The notes beneath the pieces are model-generated. The model had not been told where the DNA came from, did no database searches, and saw only the letters and a list, made by a program, of their open reading frames with translations. A program made the translations under genes and the position numbers. From Eledone cirrhosa (Eukaryota): a stretch of 64,000 nt of DNA. Each line of letters begins with the position of its first letter. Positions within the stretch are counted from its first letter, which is position 1. This document shows positions 30,531 to 44,929 of this stretch, piece by piece. The stretch lies in NCBI GenBank assembly GCA_964016885.1, contig OZ024753.1, forward strand, positions 25,234,001-25,298,000. Direction: 5' to 3'.

Positions 30531-33500
30531 AACAGGATAGTAATAACTCCAGACAAGACATAGAAACAGGATAGTAATAACTCCAGACAAGACAGAGAAA
30601 CATGATAGTAATTACTCCAAACAAGACATAGAAATAGGATAGTAATAACTCCAGGCAAGACATAGAAATAGTATAGTAATAACTCCAACCAAGACATAGA
30701 AACAGGATAGTAATAAGTCCAGACAAGAGATAGAAACATGATAGTAATAACTCCAACCAAGATATAGAAACATGATAGTAATAACTCCAACCAAGATATA
30801 GAAACATGATAGTAATAACTCCAACCAAGACATAGAAACATGATAGTAATAACTCCAACCAAGACATAGAAACATGATAGTAATAACTCCAACCAAGACA
30901 TAGAAACAGGATAGTAATAACTCCAGACAAGACATAGAAACAGGATAGTAATAACTCCAGACAAGACATAGAAACATGATAGTAATAACTCCAACCAAGA
31001 TATAGAAACATGATAGTAATAACTCCAACCAAGACATAGAAACAGGATAGTAATAACTCCAACCAAGACATAGAAACAGGATAGTAATAACTCCAGACAA
31101 GACATAGAAACAGAATAGTAATAACTCCAGACAAGACATAGAAACATGATAGTAATAACTCCAACCAAAATATAGAAACATGATAGTAATAACTCCAACC
31201 AAGATATAGAAACATGACAGTAATAACTCCAACCAAGACATAGAAACATGATAGTAATAACTCCAGTCAAGATATAGAAACATGATATTAATAACTCCAG
31301 TCAAGATATAGAAACATGATAGTAATAACTCCAACCAAGATATAGAAACATGATAGTAATAACTCCAGTCAAGATATAAAAACATGATAGTAATAACTCC
31401 AACCAAGATATAGAAACATGACAGTAATAACTCCAACCAAGACATAGAAACATGATAGTAATAACTCCAGTCAAGATATAGAAACATGATAGTAATAACT
31501 CCAGTCAAGATATAGAAACATGATAGTAATAACTCCAGTCAAGATATAGAAACATGATAGTAATAACTCCAGTCAAGTTATAGAAACATGATAGTAATAA
31601 CTCCAGTCAAGATATAGAAACATGATAGTAATAACTCCAATCAAGACATAGAAACATGATAGTAATAACTCCAGTCAAGATATAGAAACATAATAGTAAT
31701 AACTCCAATCAAGGTATAGAAACATGATAGTAATAACTCCAGCCAAGATATAGAAACATGATAGCAATAACTCCAACCAAGACATAGAAACAGGATAGTA
31801 ATAACTCCAACCAAGACATAGAAACAGGATAGTAATAGCTCCAGTCAAGATATAGAAACATGATAGTAATAACTCCAGTCAAGTTATAGAAACATGATAG
31901 TAATAACTCCAGTCAAGATATAGAAACATGATAGTAATAACTCCAATCAAGACATAGAAACATGATAGTAATAACTCCAGTCAAGATATAGAAACATGAT
32001 AGTAATAACTCCAGTCAAGACATAGAAACATGATAGTAATAACTCCAGTCAAGACATAGAAACATAATAGTAATAACTCCAGTCAAGATATAGAAACATA
32101 ATAGTAATAACTCCAATCAAGGTATAGAAACATGATAGTAATAACTCCAGTCAAGATATAGAAACATGATAGTAATAACTCCAGCCAAGATATAGAAACA
32201 TGATAGCAATAACTCCAACCAAGACATAGAAACAGGATAGTAATAACTCCAACCAAGACATAGAAACAGGATAGTAATAGCTCCAGACAAGACATAGAAA
32301 CAGGATAGTAATAACTCCAGACAAGACATAGAAACAGGATAGTAATAACTCCAGACAAGACATAGAAACATGATAGTAATAACTCCAACCAATACATAGA
32401 AACAGGATAGTAATAACTCCAGACAAGACTGATAAACATGATAGTAATAACTCCAACCAAGACATAGAAACATGATAGTAATAACTCCAGTCAAGATATA
32501 GAAATATGATAGTAATAACTCCAGTCAAGACATAGAAACATGATAGTAATAACACCTGCCAAGATATAGAAACATTATAGTAGTAACTCCAGTCAAGACA
32601 TAGAAACATGATAGTAATAACTCCAGACAAGACATAGAAACATGATAGTAATAACTCCAGACAAGACATAGAAACATGATAGTAATAACTCCAACCAAGA
32701 TATAGAAACATGATAGTAATAACTCCAGTCAAGATATAAAAACATGATAGTAATAACTCCAAACAAGACATAGAAACATGATAGTAATAACTCCAGTGAA
32801 GATATAGAAACATGATAGTAATAACTCCAGACAAGATATAGAAACAGGATAGTAATAACCCCAATCAAGATATAGAAACATGATAGTAATAACTCCAGTC
32901 AAGATATAGAAACATGATAGTAATAACCCCAATCAAGATATAGAAACAGGATAGTAATAACTCCAGTCAAGATATAGAAACATGATAGTAATAACTCCAA
33001 TCAAGACATAGAAACATTATAGTAATAACTCCAGTCAAGAGATAGAAACATGATAGTAATAACTCCAACCAAGACATAGAAACATGATAGTAATAACTCC
33101 AGTCAAGATATAGAAACATGATAGTAATAACCCCAATCAAGTTATAGAAACATGATAGTAATAACCCCAACCAAGACATAGAAACATGACAGTAATAACT
33201 CCAACCAAAATATAGAAACATGATAGTAATAACTCCAACCAAGATATAGAAACAGGATAGTAATAACTCCAACCAAGACATAGAAACAGGTTCGTAATAA
33301 CTCCAACCAAAATATGGAAACATGATAGTAATAACTCCAATCAAGACATCGAAACAGGATAGTAATAACTCCAACCAAGACATAGAAACAGGATAGTAAT
33401 AACTCCAACCAAGACATAGAAACAGGATAGTAATAAGTCCAACCAAGACATAGAAACAGGATAGTAATAACTCCAGCCAAGATATTGAAACAGGATAGTA

Positions 33501-35375
33501 ATAACTCCAACCAAGACATAGAAACAGGATAGTAATAACTCCAGCCATGATATAGAAACAGGATAGTAATAACTCCAACCAAGACATAGAAACAGGATAG
33601 TAATAACTCCAACCAAGATATAGAAACATGATAGTAATAACTCCAGCCAAGATATAGAAACAGGTTAGTAATAACTCCAACCAAGACATAGAAACAGGAT
33701 AGTAATAACTCCAGACAAGACATAGAAACAGGATAGTAATAACTCCAGACAAGACAGAGAAACATGATAGTAATTACTCCAAACAAGACATAGAAATAGG
33801 ATAGTAATAACTCCAGGCAAGACATAGAAATAGTATAGTAATAACTCCAACCAAGACATAGAAACAGGATAGTAATAAGTCCAGACAAGAGATAGAAACA
33901 TGATAGTAATAACTCCAACCAAGATATAGAAACATGATAGTAATAACTCCAACCAAGATATAGAAACATGATAGTAATAACTCCAACCAAGACATAGAAA
34001 CATGATAGTAATAACTCCAACCAAGACATAGAAACATGATAGTAATAACTCCAACCAAGACATAGAAACAGGATAGTAATAACTCCAGACAAGACATAGA
34101 AACAGGATAGTAATAACTCCAGACAAGACATAGAAACATGATAGTAATAACTCCAACCAAGATATAGAAACATGATAGTAATAACTCCAACCAAGACATA
34201 GAAACAGGATAGTAATAACTCCAACCAAGACATAGAAACAGGATAGTAATAACTCCAGACAAGACATAGAAACAGGATAGTAATAACTCCAGACAAGACA
34301 TAGAAACATGATAGTAATAACTCCAACCAAAATATAGAAACATGATAGTAATAACTCCAACCAAGATATAGAAACATGACAGTAATAACTCCAACCAAGA
34401 CATAGAAACATGATAGTAATAACTCCAGTCAAGATATAGAAACATGATATTAATAACTCCAGTCAAGATATAGAAACATGATAGTAATAACTCCAACCAA
34501 GATATAGAAACATGATAGTAATAACTCCAGTCAAGATATAAAAACATGATAGTAATAACTCCAACCAAGATATAGAAACATGACAGTAATAACTCCAACC
34601 AAGACATAGAAACATGATAGTAATAACTCCAGTCAAGATATAGAAACATGATAGTAATAACTCCAGTCAAGATATAGAAACATGATAGTAATAACTCCAG
34701 TCAAGATATAGAAACATGATAGTAATAACTCCAGTCAAGTTATAGAAACATGATAGTAATAACTCCAGTCAAGATATAGAAACATGATAGTAATAACTCC
34801 AATCAAGACATAGAAACATGATAGTAATAACTCCAGTCAAGATATAGAAACATGATAGTAATAACTCCAGTCAAGACATAGAAACATGATAGTAATAACT
34901 CCAGTCAAGACATAGAAACATAATAGTAATAACTCCAGTCAAGATATAGAAACATAATAGTAATAACTCCAATCAAGGTATAGAAACATGATAGTAATAA
35001 CTCCAGTCAAGATATAGAAACATGATAGTAATAACTCCAGCCAAGATATAGAAACATGATAGCAATAACTCCAACCAAGACATAGAAACAGGATAGTAAT
35101 AACTCCAACCAAGACATAGAAACAGGATAGTAATAGCTCCAGACAAGACATAGAAACAGGATAGTAATAACTCCAGACAAGACATAGAAACAGGATAGTA
35201 ATAACTCCAGACAAGACATAGAAACATGATAGTAATAACTCCAACCAATACATAGAAACAGGATAGTAATAACTCCAGACAAGACTGATAAACATGATAG
35301 TAATAACTCCAACCAAGACATAGAAACATGATAGTAATAACTCCAGTCAAGATATAGAAATATGATAGTAATAAC
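29358..35375. repeat. Tandem duplication of an 84-monomer block; the first copy carries an extra 9-monomer (306 bp) segment
   Basis: aattactcc occurs at about 30610 and 33772 (offset 3162). atagcaat, atagctcc and gactgataaac occur at about 32203/35059, 32277/35133 and 32427/35283 (offset 2856). Confidence 0.87.
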
Positions 35376-38300
35376 TCGAGTCAAGATATAGAAACATGAT
35401 ACTAATAACTCCAGCCAAGACATAGAAACATGATAGTAATAACTCCAGCCAAGACATAGAAACATGATAGTAATAACTCCCGCCAAGATATAGAAACATT
35501 ATAGTAATAACTCCAGTCAAGACATAGAAACATGATAGTAATAACTCCAGTCAAGACATAGAAACATGATAGTAATAACACCTGCCAAGATATAGAAACA
35601 TTATAGTAGTAACTCCAGTCAAGACATAGAAACATGATAGTAATAACTCCAGACAAGACATAGAAACATGATAGTAATAACTCCAGACAAGACATAGAAA
35701 CATGATAGTAATAACTCCAACCAAGATATAGAAACATGATAGTAATAACTCCAGTCAAGATATAAAAACATGATAGTAATAACTCCAAACAAGACATAGA
35801 AACATGATAGTAATAACTCCAGTGAAGATATAGAAACATGATAGTAATAACTCCAGACAAGATATAGAAACAGGATAGTAATAACCCCAATCAAGATATA
35901 GAAACAGGATAGTAATAACTCCAGTCAAGATATAGAAACATGATAGTAATAACTCCAATCAAGACATAGAAACATTATAGTAATAACTCCAGTCAAGAGA
36001 TAGAAACATGATAGTAATAACTCCAACCAAGACATAGAAACATGATAGTAATAACTCCAGTCAAGATATAGAAACATGATAGTAATAACCCCAATCAAGT
36101 TATAGAAACATGATAGTAATAACTCCAACCAAGACATAGAAACAAGATAGTAATAACTCCAACCAAAATATAGAAACATGATAGTAATAACTCCAACCAA
36201 GATATAGAAACAGGATAGTAATAACTCCAACCAAGACATAGAAACAGGTTCGTAATAACTCCAACCAAAATATGGAAACATGATAGTAATAACTCCAATC
36301 AAGACATCGAAACAGGATAGTAATAACTCCAACCAAGACATAGAAACAGGATAGTAATAACTCCAACCAAGACATAGAAACAGGATAGTAATAAGTCTAA
36401 CCAAGACATAGAAACAGGATAGTAATAACTCCAGCCAAGATATTGAAACAGGATAGTAATAACTCCAACCAAGACATAGAAACAGGATAGTAATAACTCC
36501 AGCCATGATATAGAAACAGGATAGTAATAACTCCAACCAAGACATAGAAACAGGATAGTAATAACTCCAACCAAGATATAGAAACATGATAGTAATAACT
36601 CCAGCCAAGATATAGAAACAGGTTAGTAATAACTCCAACCAAGACATAGAAACAGGATAGTAATAACTCCAACCAAGATATAGAAACATGATAGTAATAA
36701 CTGTAGTCAAGATATAGAAACATGATAGTAATAACTCCAGTCAAGATATAGAAACATGATAGTAATAACTCCAACCAAGACATAGAAACAGGATAGTATT
36801 AACTCCAGACAAGACATAGAAACAGGATAGTAATAACTCCAGACAAGACAGAGAAACATGATAGTAATAACTCCAAACAAGACATAGAAATAGGATAGTA
36901 ATAACTCCAGGCAAGACATAGAAATAGTATAGTAATAACTCCAGACAAGACAGAGAAACATGATAGTAATAACTGCAGACAAGATATAGAAACATGATAG
37001 TAATAACTCCAACCAAGATATAGAAACATGATAGTAATAACTCCAACCAAGACATAGAAACAGGATAGTAATAAGTCCAGACAAGAGATAGAAACATGAT
37101 AGTAATAACTCCAACCAAGACATAGAAACAGGATAGTAATAAGTCCAGACAAGAGATAGAAACATGATAGTAATAACTCCAACCAAGATATAGAAACATG
37201 ATAGTAATAACTCCAACCAAGATATAGAAACATGATAGTAATAACTCCAACCAAGACATAAAAACATGATAGTAATAACTCCAACCAAGACATAGAAACA
37301 GGATAGTAATAACTCCAACCAAGACATAGAAACAGGATAGTAATAACTCCAGACAAGACATAGAAACAGGATAGTAATAACTCCAGACAAGACATAGAAA
37401 CATGATAGTAATAACTCCAACCAAGATATAGAAACATGATAGTAATAACTCCAACCAAGACATAGAAACAGGATAGTAATAACTCCAACCAAGACATAGA
37501 AACAGGATAGTAATAACTCCAGACAAGACATAGAAACAGGATAGTAATAACTCCAGACAAGACATAGAAACATGATAGTAATAACTCCAACCAAAATATA
37601 GAAACATGATAGTAATAACTCCAACCAAGATATAGAAACATGACAGTAATAACTCCAACCAAGACATAGAAACATGATAGTAATAACTCCAGTCAAGATA
37701 TAGAAACATGATATTAATAACTCCAGTCAAGATATAGAAACATGATAGTAATAACTCCAACCAAGATATAGAAACATGATAGTAATAACTCCAGTCAAGA
37801 TATAAAAACATGATAGTAATAACTCCAACCAAGATATAGAAACATGACAGTAATAACTCCAACCAAGACATAGAAACATGATAGTAATAACTCCAGTCAA
37901 GATATAGAAACATGATAGTAATAACTCCAGTCAAGATATAGAAACATGATAGTAATAACTCCAGTCAAGATATAGAAACATGATAGTAATAACTCCAGTC
38001 AAGTTATAGAAACATGATAGTAATAACTCCAGTCAAGATATAGAAACATGATAGTAATAACTCCAATCAAGACATAGAAACATGATAGTAATAACTCCAG
38101 TCAAGATATAGAAACATGATAGTAATAACTCCAGTCAAGACATAGAAACATGATAGTAATAACTCCAGTCAAGACATAGAAACATAATAGTAATAACTCC
38201 AGTCAAGATATAGAAACATAATAGTAATAACTCCAATCAAGGTATAGAAACATGATAGTAATAACTCCAGTCAAGATATAGAAACATGATAGTAATAACT

Positions 38301-41300
38301 CCAGCCAAGATATAGAAACATGATAGTAATAACTCCAACCAAGACATAGAAACAGGATAGTAATAACTCCAACCAAGACATAGAAACAGGATAGTAATAA
38401 CTCCAGACAAGACATAGAAACAGGATAGTAATAACTCCAGACAAGACATAGAAACAGGATAGTAATAACTCCAGACAAGACATAGAAACATGATAGTAAT
38501 AACTCCAACCAATACATAGAAACAGGATAGTAATAACTCCAGACAAGACATAGAAACATGATAGTAATAACTCCAGTCAAGATATAGAAATATGATAGTA
38601 ATAACTCGAGTCAAGATATAGAAACATGATACTAATAACTCCAGCCAAGACATAGAAACATGATAGTAATAACTCCAGCCAAGACATAGAAACATGATAG
38701 TAATAACTCCCGCCAAGATATAGAAACATTATAGTAATAACTCCAGTCAAGACATAGAAACATGATAGTAATAACTCCAGTCAAGACATAGAAACATGAT
38801 AGTAATAACACCTGCCAAGATATAGAAACATTATAGTAGTAACTCCAGTCAAGACATAGAAACATGATAGTAATAACTCCAGACAAGACATAGAAACATG
38901 ATAGTAATAACTCCAGACAAGACATAGAAACATGATAGTAATAACTCCAACCAAGATATAGAAACATGATAGTAATAACTCCAGTCAAGATATAAAAACA
39001 TGATAGTAATAACTCCAAACAAGACATAGAAACATGATAGTAATAACTCCAGTGAAGATATAGAAACATGATAGTAATAACTCCAGACAAGATATAGAAA
39101 CAGGATAGTAATAACCCCAATCAAGATATAGAAACATGATAGTAATAACTCCAGTCAAGATATAGAAACATGATAGTAATAACCCCAATCAAGATATAGA
39201 AACAGGATAGTAATAACTCCAGTCAAGATATAGAAACATGATAGTAATAACTCCAATCAAGACATAGAAACATTATAGTAATAACTCCAGTCAAGAGATA
39301 GAAACATGATAGTAATAACTCCAACCAAGACATAGAAACATGATAGTAATAACTCCAGTCAAGATATAGAAACATGATAGTAATAACCCCAATCAAGTTA
39401 TAGAAACATGATAGTAATAACTCCAACCAAGACATAGAAACATGATAGTAATAACTCCAACCAAAATATAGAAACATGATAGTAATAACTCCAACCAAGA
39501 TATAGAAACAGGATAGTAATAACTCCAACCAAGACATAGAAACAGGTTCGTAATAACTCCAACCAAAATATGGAAACATGATAGTAATAACTCCAATCAA
39601 GACATCGAAACAGGATAGTAATAACTCCAACCAAGACATAGAAACAGGATAGTAATAACTCCGACCAAGACATAGAAACAGGATAGTAATAAGTCCAACC
39701 AAGACATAGAAACAGGATAGTAATAACTCCAGCCAAGATATTGAAACAGGATAGTAATAACTCCAACCAAGACATAGAAACAGGATAGTAATAACTCCAG
39801 CCATGATATAGAAACAGGATAGTAATAACTCCAACCAAGACATAGAAACAGGATAGTAATAACTCCAACCAAGATATAGAAACATGATAGTAATAACTCC
39901 AGCCAAGATATAGAAACAGGTTAGTAATAACTCCAACCAAGACATAGAAACAGGATAGTAATAACTCCAACCAAGATATAGAAACATGATAGTAATAACT
40001 GCAGTCAAGATATAGAAACATGATAGTAATAACTCCAGTCAAGATATAGAAACATGATAGTAATAACTCCAACCAAGACATAGAAACAGGATAGTATTAA
40101 CTCCAGACAAGACATAGAAACAGAATAGTAATAACTCCAGACAAGACAGAGAAACATGATAGTAATAACTCCAAACAAGACATAGAAATAGGATAGTAAT
40201 AACTCCAGGCAAGACATAGAAATAGTATAGTAATAACTCCAGACAAGACAGAGAAACATGATAGTAATAACTGCAGACAAGATATAGAAACATGATAGTA
40301 ATAACTCCAACCAAGATATAGAAACATGATAGTAATAACTCCAACCAAGACATAGAAACAGGATAGTAATAAGTCCAGACAAGAGATAGAAACATGATAG
40401 TAATAACTCCAACCAAGATATAGAAACATGATAGTAATAACTCCAACCAAGATATAGAAACATGATAGTAATAACTCCAACCAAGACATAGAAACATGAT
40501 AGTAATAACTCCAACCAAGACATAGAAACAGGATAGTAATAACTCCAACCAAGACATAGAAACAGGATAGTAATAACTCCAGACAAGACATAGAAACAGG
40601 ATAGTAATAACTCCAGACAAGACATAGAAACATGATAGTAATAACTGCAACCAAGATATAGAAACATGATAGTAATAACTCCAACCAAGACATAGAAACA
40701 GGATAGTAATAACTCCAACCAAGACATAGAAACAGGATAGTAATAACTCCAGACAAGACATAGAAACAGGATAGTAATATCTCCAGACAAGACATAGAAA
40801 CATGATAGTAATAACTCCAACCAAAATATAGAAACATGATAGTAATAACTGCAACCAAGATATAGAAACATGACAGTAATAACTCCAACCAAGACATAGA
40901 AACATGATAGTAATAACTCCAGTCAAGATATAGAAACATGATATTAATAACTCCAGTCAAGATATAGAAACATGATAGTAATAACTCCAACCAAGATATA
41001 GAAACATGATAGTAATAACTCCAGTCAAGATATAGAAACATGATATTAATAACTCCAGTCAAGATATAGAAACATGATAGTAATAACTCCAACCAAGATA
41101 TAGAAACATGACAGTAATAACTCCAACCAAGACATAGAAACATGATAGTAATAACTCCAGTCAAGATATAGAAACATGATAGTAATAACTCCAGTCAAGA
41201 TATAGAAACATGATAGTAATAACTCCAGTCAAGATATAGAAACATGATAGTAATAACTCCAGTCAAGTTATAGAAACATGATAGTAATAACTCCAGTCAA

Positions 41301-42800
41301 GATATAGAAACATGATAGTAATAACTCCAATCAAGACATAGAAACATGATAGTAATAACTCCAGTCAAGATATAGAAACATGATAGTAATAACTCCAGTC
41401 AAGACATAGAAACATGATAGTAATAACTCCAGTCAAGACATAGAAACATAATAGTAATAACTCCAGTCAAGATATAGAAACATAATAGTAATAACTCCAA
41501 TCAAGGTATAGAAACATGATAGTAATAACTCCAGTCAAGATATAGAAACATGATAGTAATAACTCCAGCCAAGATATAGAAACATGATAGTAATAACTCC
41601 AACCAAGACATAGAAACAGGATAGTAATAACTCCAACCAAGACATAGAAACAGGATAGTAATAACTCCAGACAAGACATAGAAACAGGATAGTAATAACT
41701 CCAGACAAGACATAGAAACAGGATAGTAATAACTCCAGACAAGACATAGAAACATGATAGTAATAACTCCAACCAATACATAGAAACAGGATAGTAATAA
41801 CTCCAGACAAGACTGAGAAACATGATAGTAATAACTCCAACCAAGACATAGAAACATGATAGTAATAACTCCAGTCAAGATATAGAAATATGATAGTAAT
41901 AACTCGAGTCAAGATATAGAAACATGATACTAATAACTCCAGCCAAGACATAGAAACATGATAGTAATAACTCCAGCCAAGACATAGAAACATGATAGTA
42001 ATAACTCCCGCCAAGATATAGAAACATTATAGTAATAACTCCAGTCAAGACATAGAAACATGATAGTAATAACTCCAGTCAAGACATAGAAACATGATAG
42101 TAATAACACCTGCCAAGATATAGAAACATTATAGTAGTAACTCCAGTCAAGACATAGAAACATGATAGTAATAACTCCAGACAAGACATAGAAACATGAT
42201 AGTAATAACTCCAGACAAGACATAGAAACATGATAGTAATAACTCCAACCAAGATATAGAAACATGATAGTAATAACTCCAGTCAAGATATAAAAACATG
42301 ATAGTAATAACTCCAAACAAGACATAGAAACATGATAGTAATAACTCCAGTGAAGATATAGAAACATGATAGTAATAACTCCAGACAAGATATAGAAACA
42401 GGATAGTAATAACCCCAATCAAGATATAGAAACATGATAGTAATAACTCCAGTCAAGATATAGAAACATGATAGTAATAACCCCAATCAAGATATAGAAA
42501 CAGGATAGTAATAACTCCAGTCAAGATATAGAAACATGATAGTAATAACTCCAATCAAGACATAGAATCATTATAGTAATAACTCCAGTCGAGAGATAGA
42601 AACATGATAGTAATAACTCCAACCAAGACATAGAAACATGATAGTAATAACTCCAGTCAAGATATAGAAACATGATAGTAATAACCCCAATCAAGTTATA
42701 GAAACATGATAGTAATAACTCCAACCAAGACATAGAAACATGATAGTAATAACTCCAACCAAAATATAGAAACATGATAGTAATAACTCCAACCAAGATA
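35376..42800. repeat. About 2.3 HOR copies of 3.2-3.3 kb (95-97 monomers)
   Basis: CTCGAG occurs at 35375, 38605 and 41903. The tcaaggtat marker occurs at 34973, 38237 and 41501 (spacing 3264). Confidence 0.83.
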
Positions 42801-44929
42801 TAGAAACATGAGAGTAATAACTCCAACCAAGACATAGAAACATGATATAATAACTCCAGTCAAGATATAGAAACATGATAGTAATAACTCCAGTCAAGAT
42901 ATAGAAACATGATAGTAATAACTCCAACCAAGATATAGAAACATGATAGTAATAACTCCAGTCAAGATATAAAAACATGATAGTAATAACTCCAACCAAG
43001 ATATAGAAACATGACAGTAATAACTCCAACCAAGACATAGAAACATGATAGTAATAACTCCAGTCAAGATATAGAAACATGATAGTAATAACTCCAGTCA
43101 AGATATAGAAACATGATAGTAATAACTCCAGTCAAGATATAGAAACATGATAGTAATAACTCCAGTCAAGATATAGAAACATGATAGTAATAACTCCAGT
43201 CAAGATATAGAAACATGATAGTAATAACTCCAATCAAGACATAGAAATATGATAGTAATAACTCCAGTCAAGATATAGAAACATGATAGTAATAACTCCA
43301 GTCAAGACATAGAAACATGATAGTAATAACTCCAGTCAAGACATAGAAACATAATAGTAATAACTCCAGTCAAGATATAGAAACATAATAGTAATAACTC
43401 CAATCAAGGTATAGAAACAGAATAGTAATAACTCCAACCAAAATATAGAAACATGATAGTAATAACTCCAACCAAGATATAGAAACAGGATAGTAATAAC
43501 TCCAACCAAGACATAGAAACAGGATCGTAATAACTCCAACCAAGACATAGAAACAGGATAGTAATAACTCCAACCAAGACATAGAAACAGGATAGTAATA
43601 AGTCCAACCAAGACATAGAAACAGGATAGTAATAACTCCAGCCAAGATATTGAAACAGGATAGTAATAACTCCAACCAAGACATAGAAACAGGATAGTAA
43701 TAACTCCAACCAAGATATAGAAACAGGATAGTAATAACTCCAACCAAGACATAGAAACAGGATAGTAATATCTCCAACCAAGATATAGAAACATGATAGT
43801 AATAACTCTAGCCAAGATATAGAAACAGGTTAGTAATAACTCCAACCAAGACATAGAAACAGGATAGTAATAACACCAACCAAGATATAGAAACATGATA
43901 GTAATAACTGCAGTCAAGATATAGAAACATGATAGTAATAACTCCAGTCAAGATATAGAAACATGATAGTAATAACTCCAACCAAGACATAGAAACAGGA
44001 TAGTATTAACTCCAGACAAGACATAGAAACAGGATAGTAATAACTCCAGACAAGACAGAGAAACATGATAGTAATAACTCCAAACAAGACATAGAAATAG
44101 GATAGTAATAACTCCAGGCAAGACATAGAAATAGTATAGTAATAACTCCAGACAAGACAGAGAAACATGATAGTAATAACTGCAGACAAGATATAGAAAC
44201 ATGATAGTAATAACTCCAACCAAGATATAGAAACATGAGTGTAATAACTACAACCAAGACATAGAAACATGATAGTAATAACTCCAACCAAGACATAGAA
44301 ACAGGATAGTAATAACTGCAACCAAGACATAGAAACAGGATAGTAATGACTCCAGACAAGACATAGAAACAGGATAGTAATAACTCCAGACAAGACATAG
44401 AAACATGATAGTAATAACTCCAACCAAGATATAGAAACATGATAGTAATAACTCCAACCAACACATAGAAACAGGATAGTAATAACTCCAGACAAGACAT
44501 AGAAACAGGATAGTAATAACTCCAGACAAGACATAGAAACATGATAGTAATAACTCCAACCAAAATATAGAAACATGATAGTAATAACTCCAACCAAGAT
44601 ATAGAAACATGACAGTAATAACTCCAACCAAGACATAGAAACATGATAGTAATAACTCCAGTCAAGATATAGAAACATGATAGTAATAACTCCAGTCAAG
44701 ATATAGAAACATGATAGTAATAACTCCAACCAAGATATAGAAACATGATAGTAATAACTCCAGTCAAGATATAAAAACATGATAGTAATAACTCCAACCA
44801 AGATATAGAAACATGACAGTAATAACTCCAACCAAGACATAGAAACATGATAGTAATAACTCCAGTCAAGATATAGAAACATGATAGTAATAATTCCAGT
44901 CAAGATATAGAAACATGATAGTAATAACT

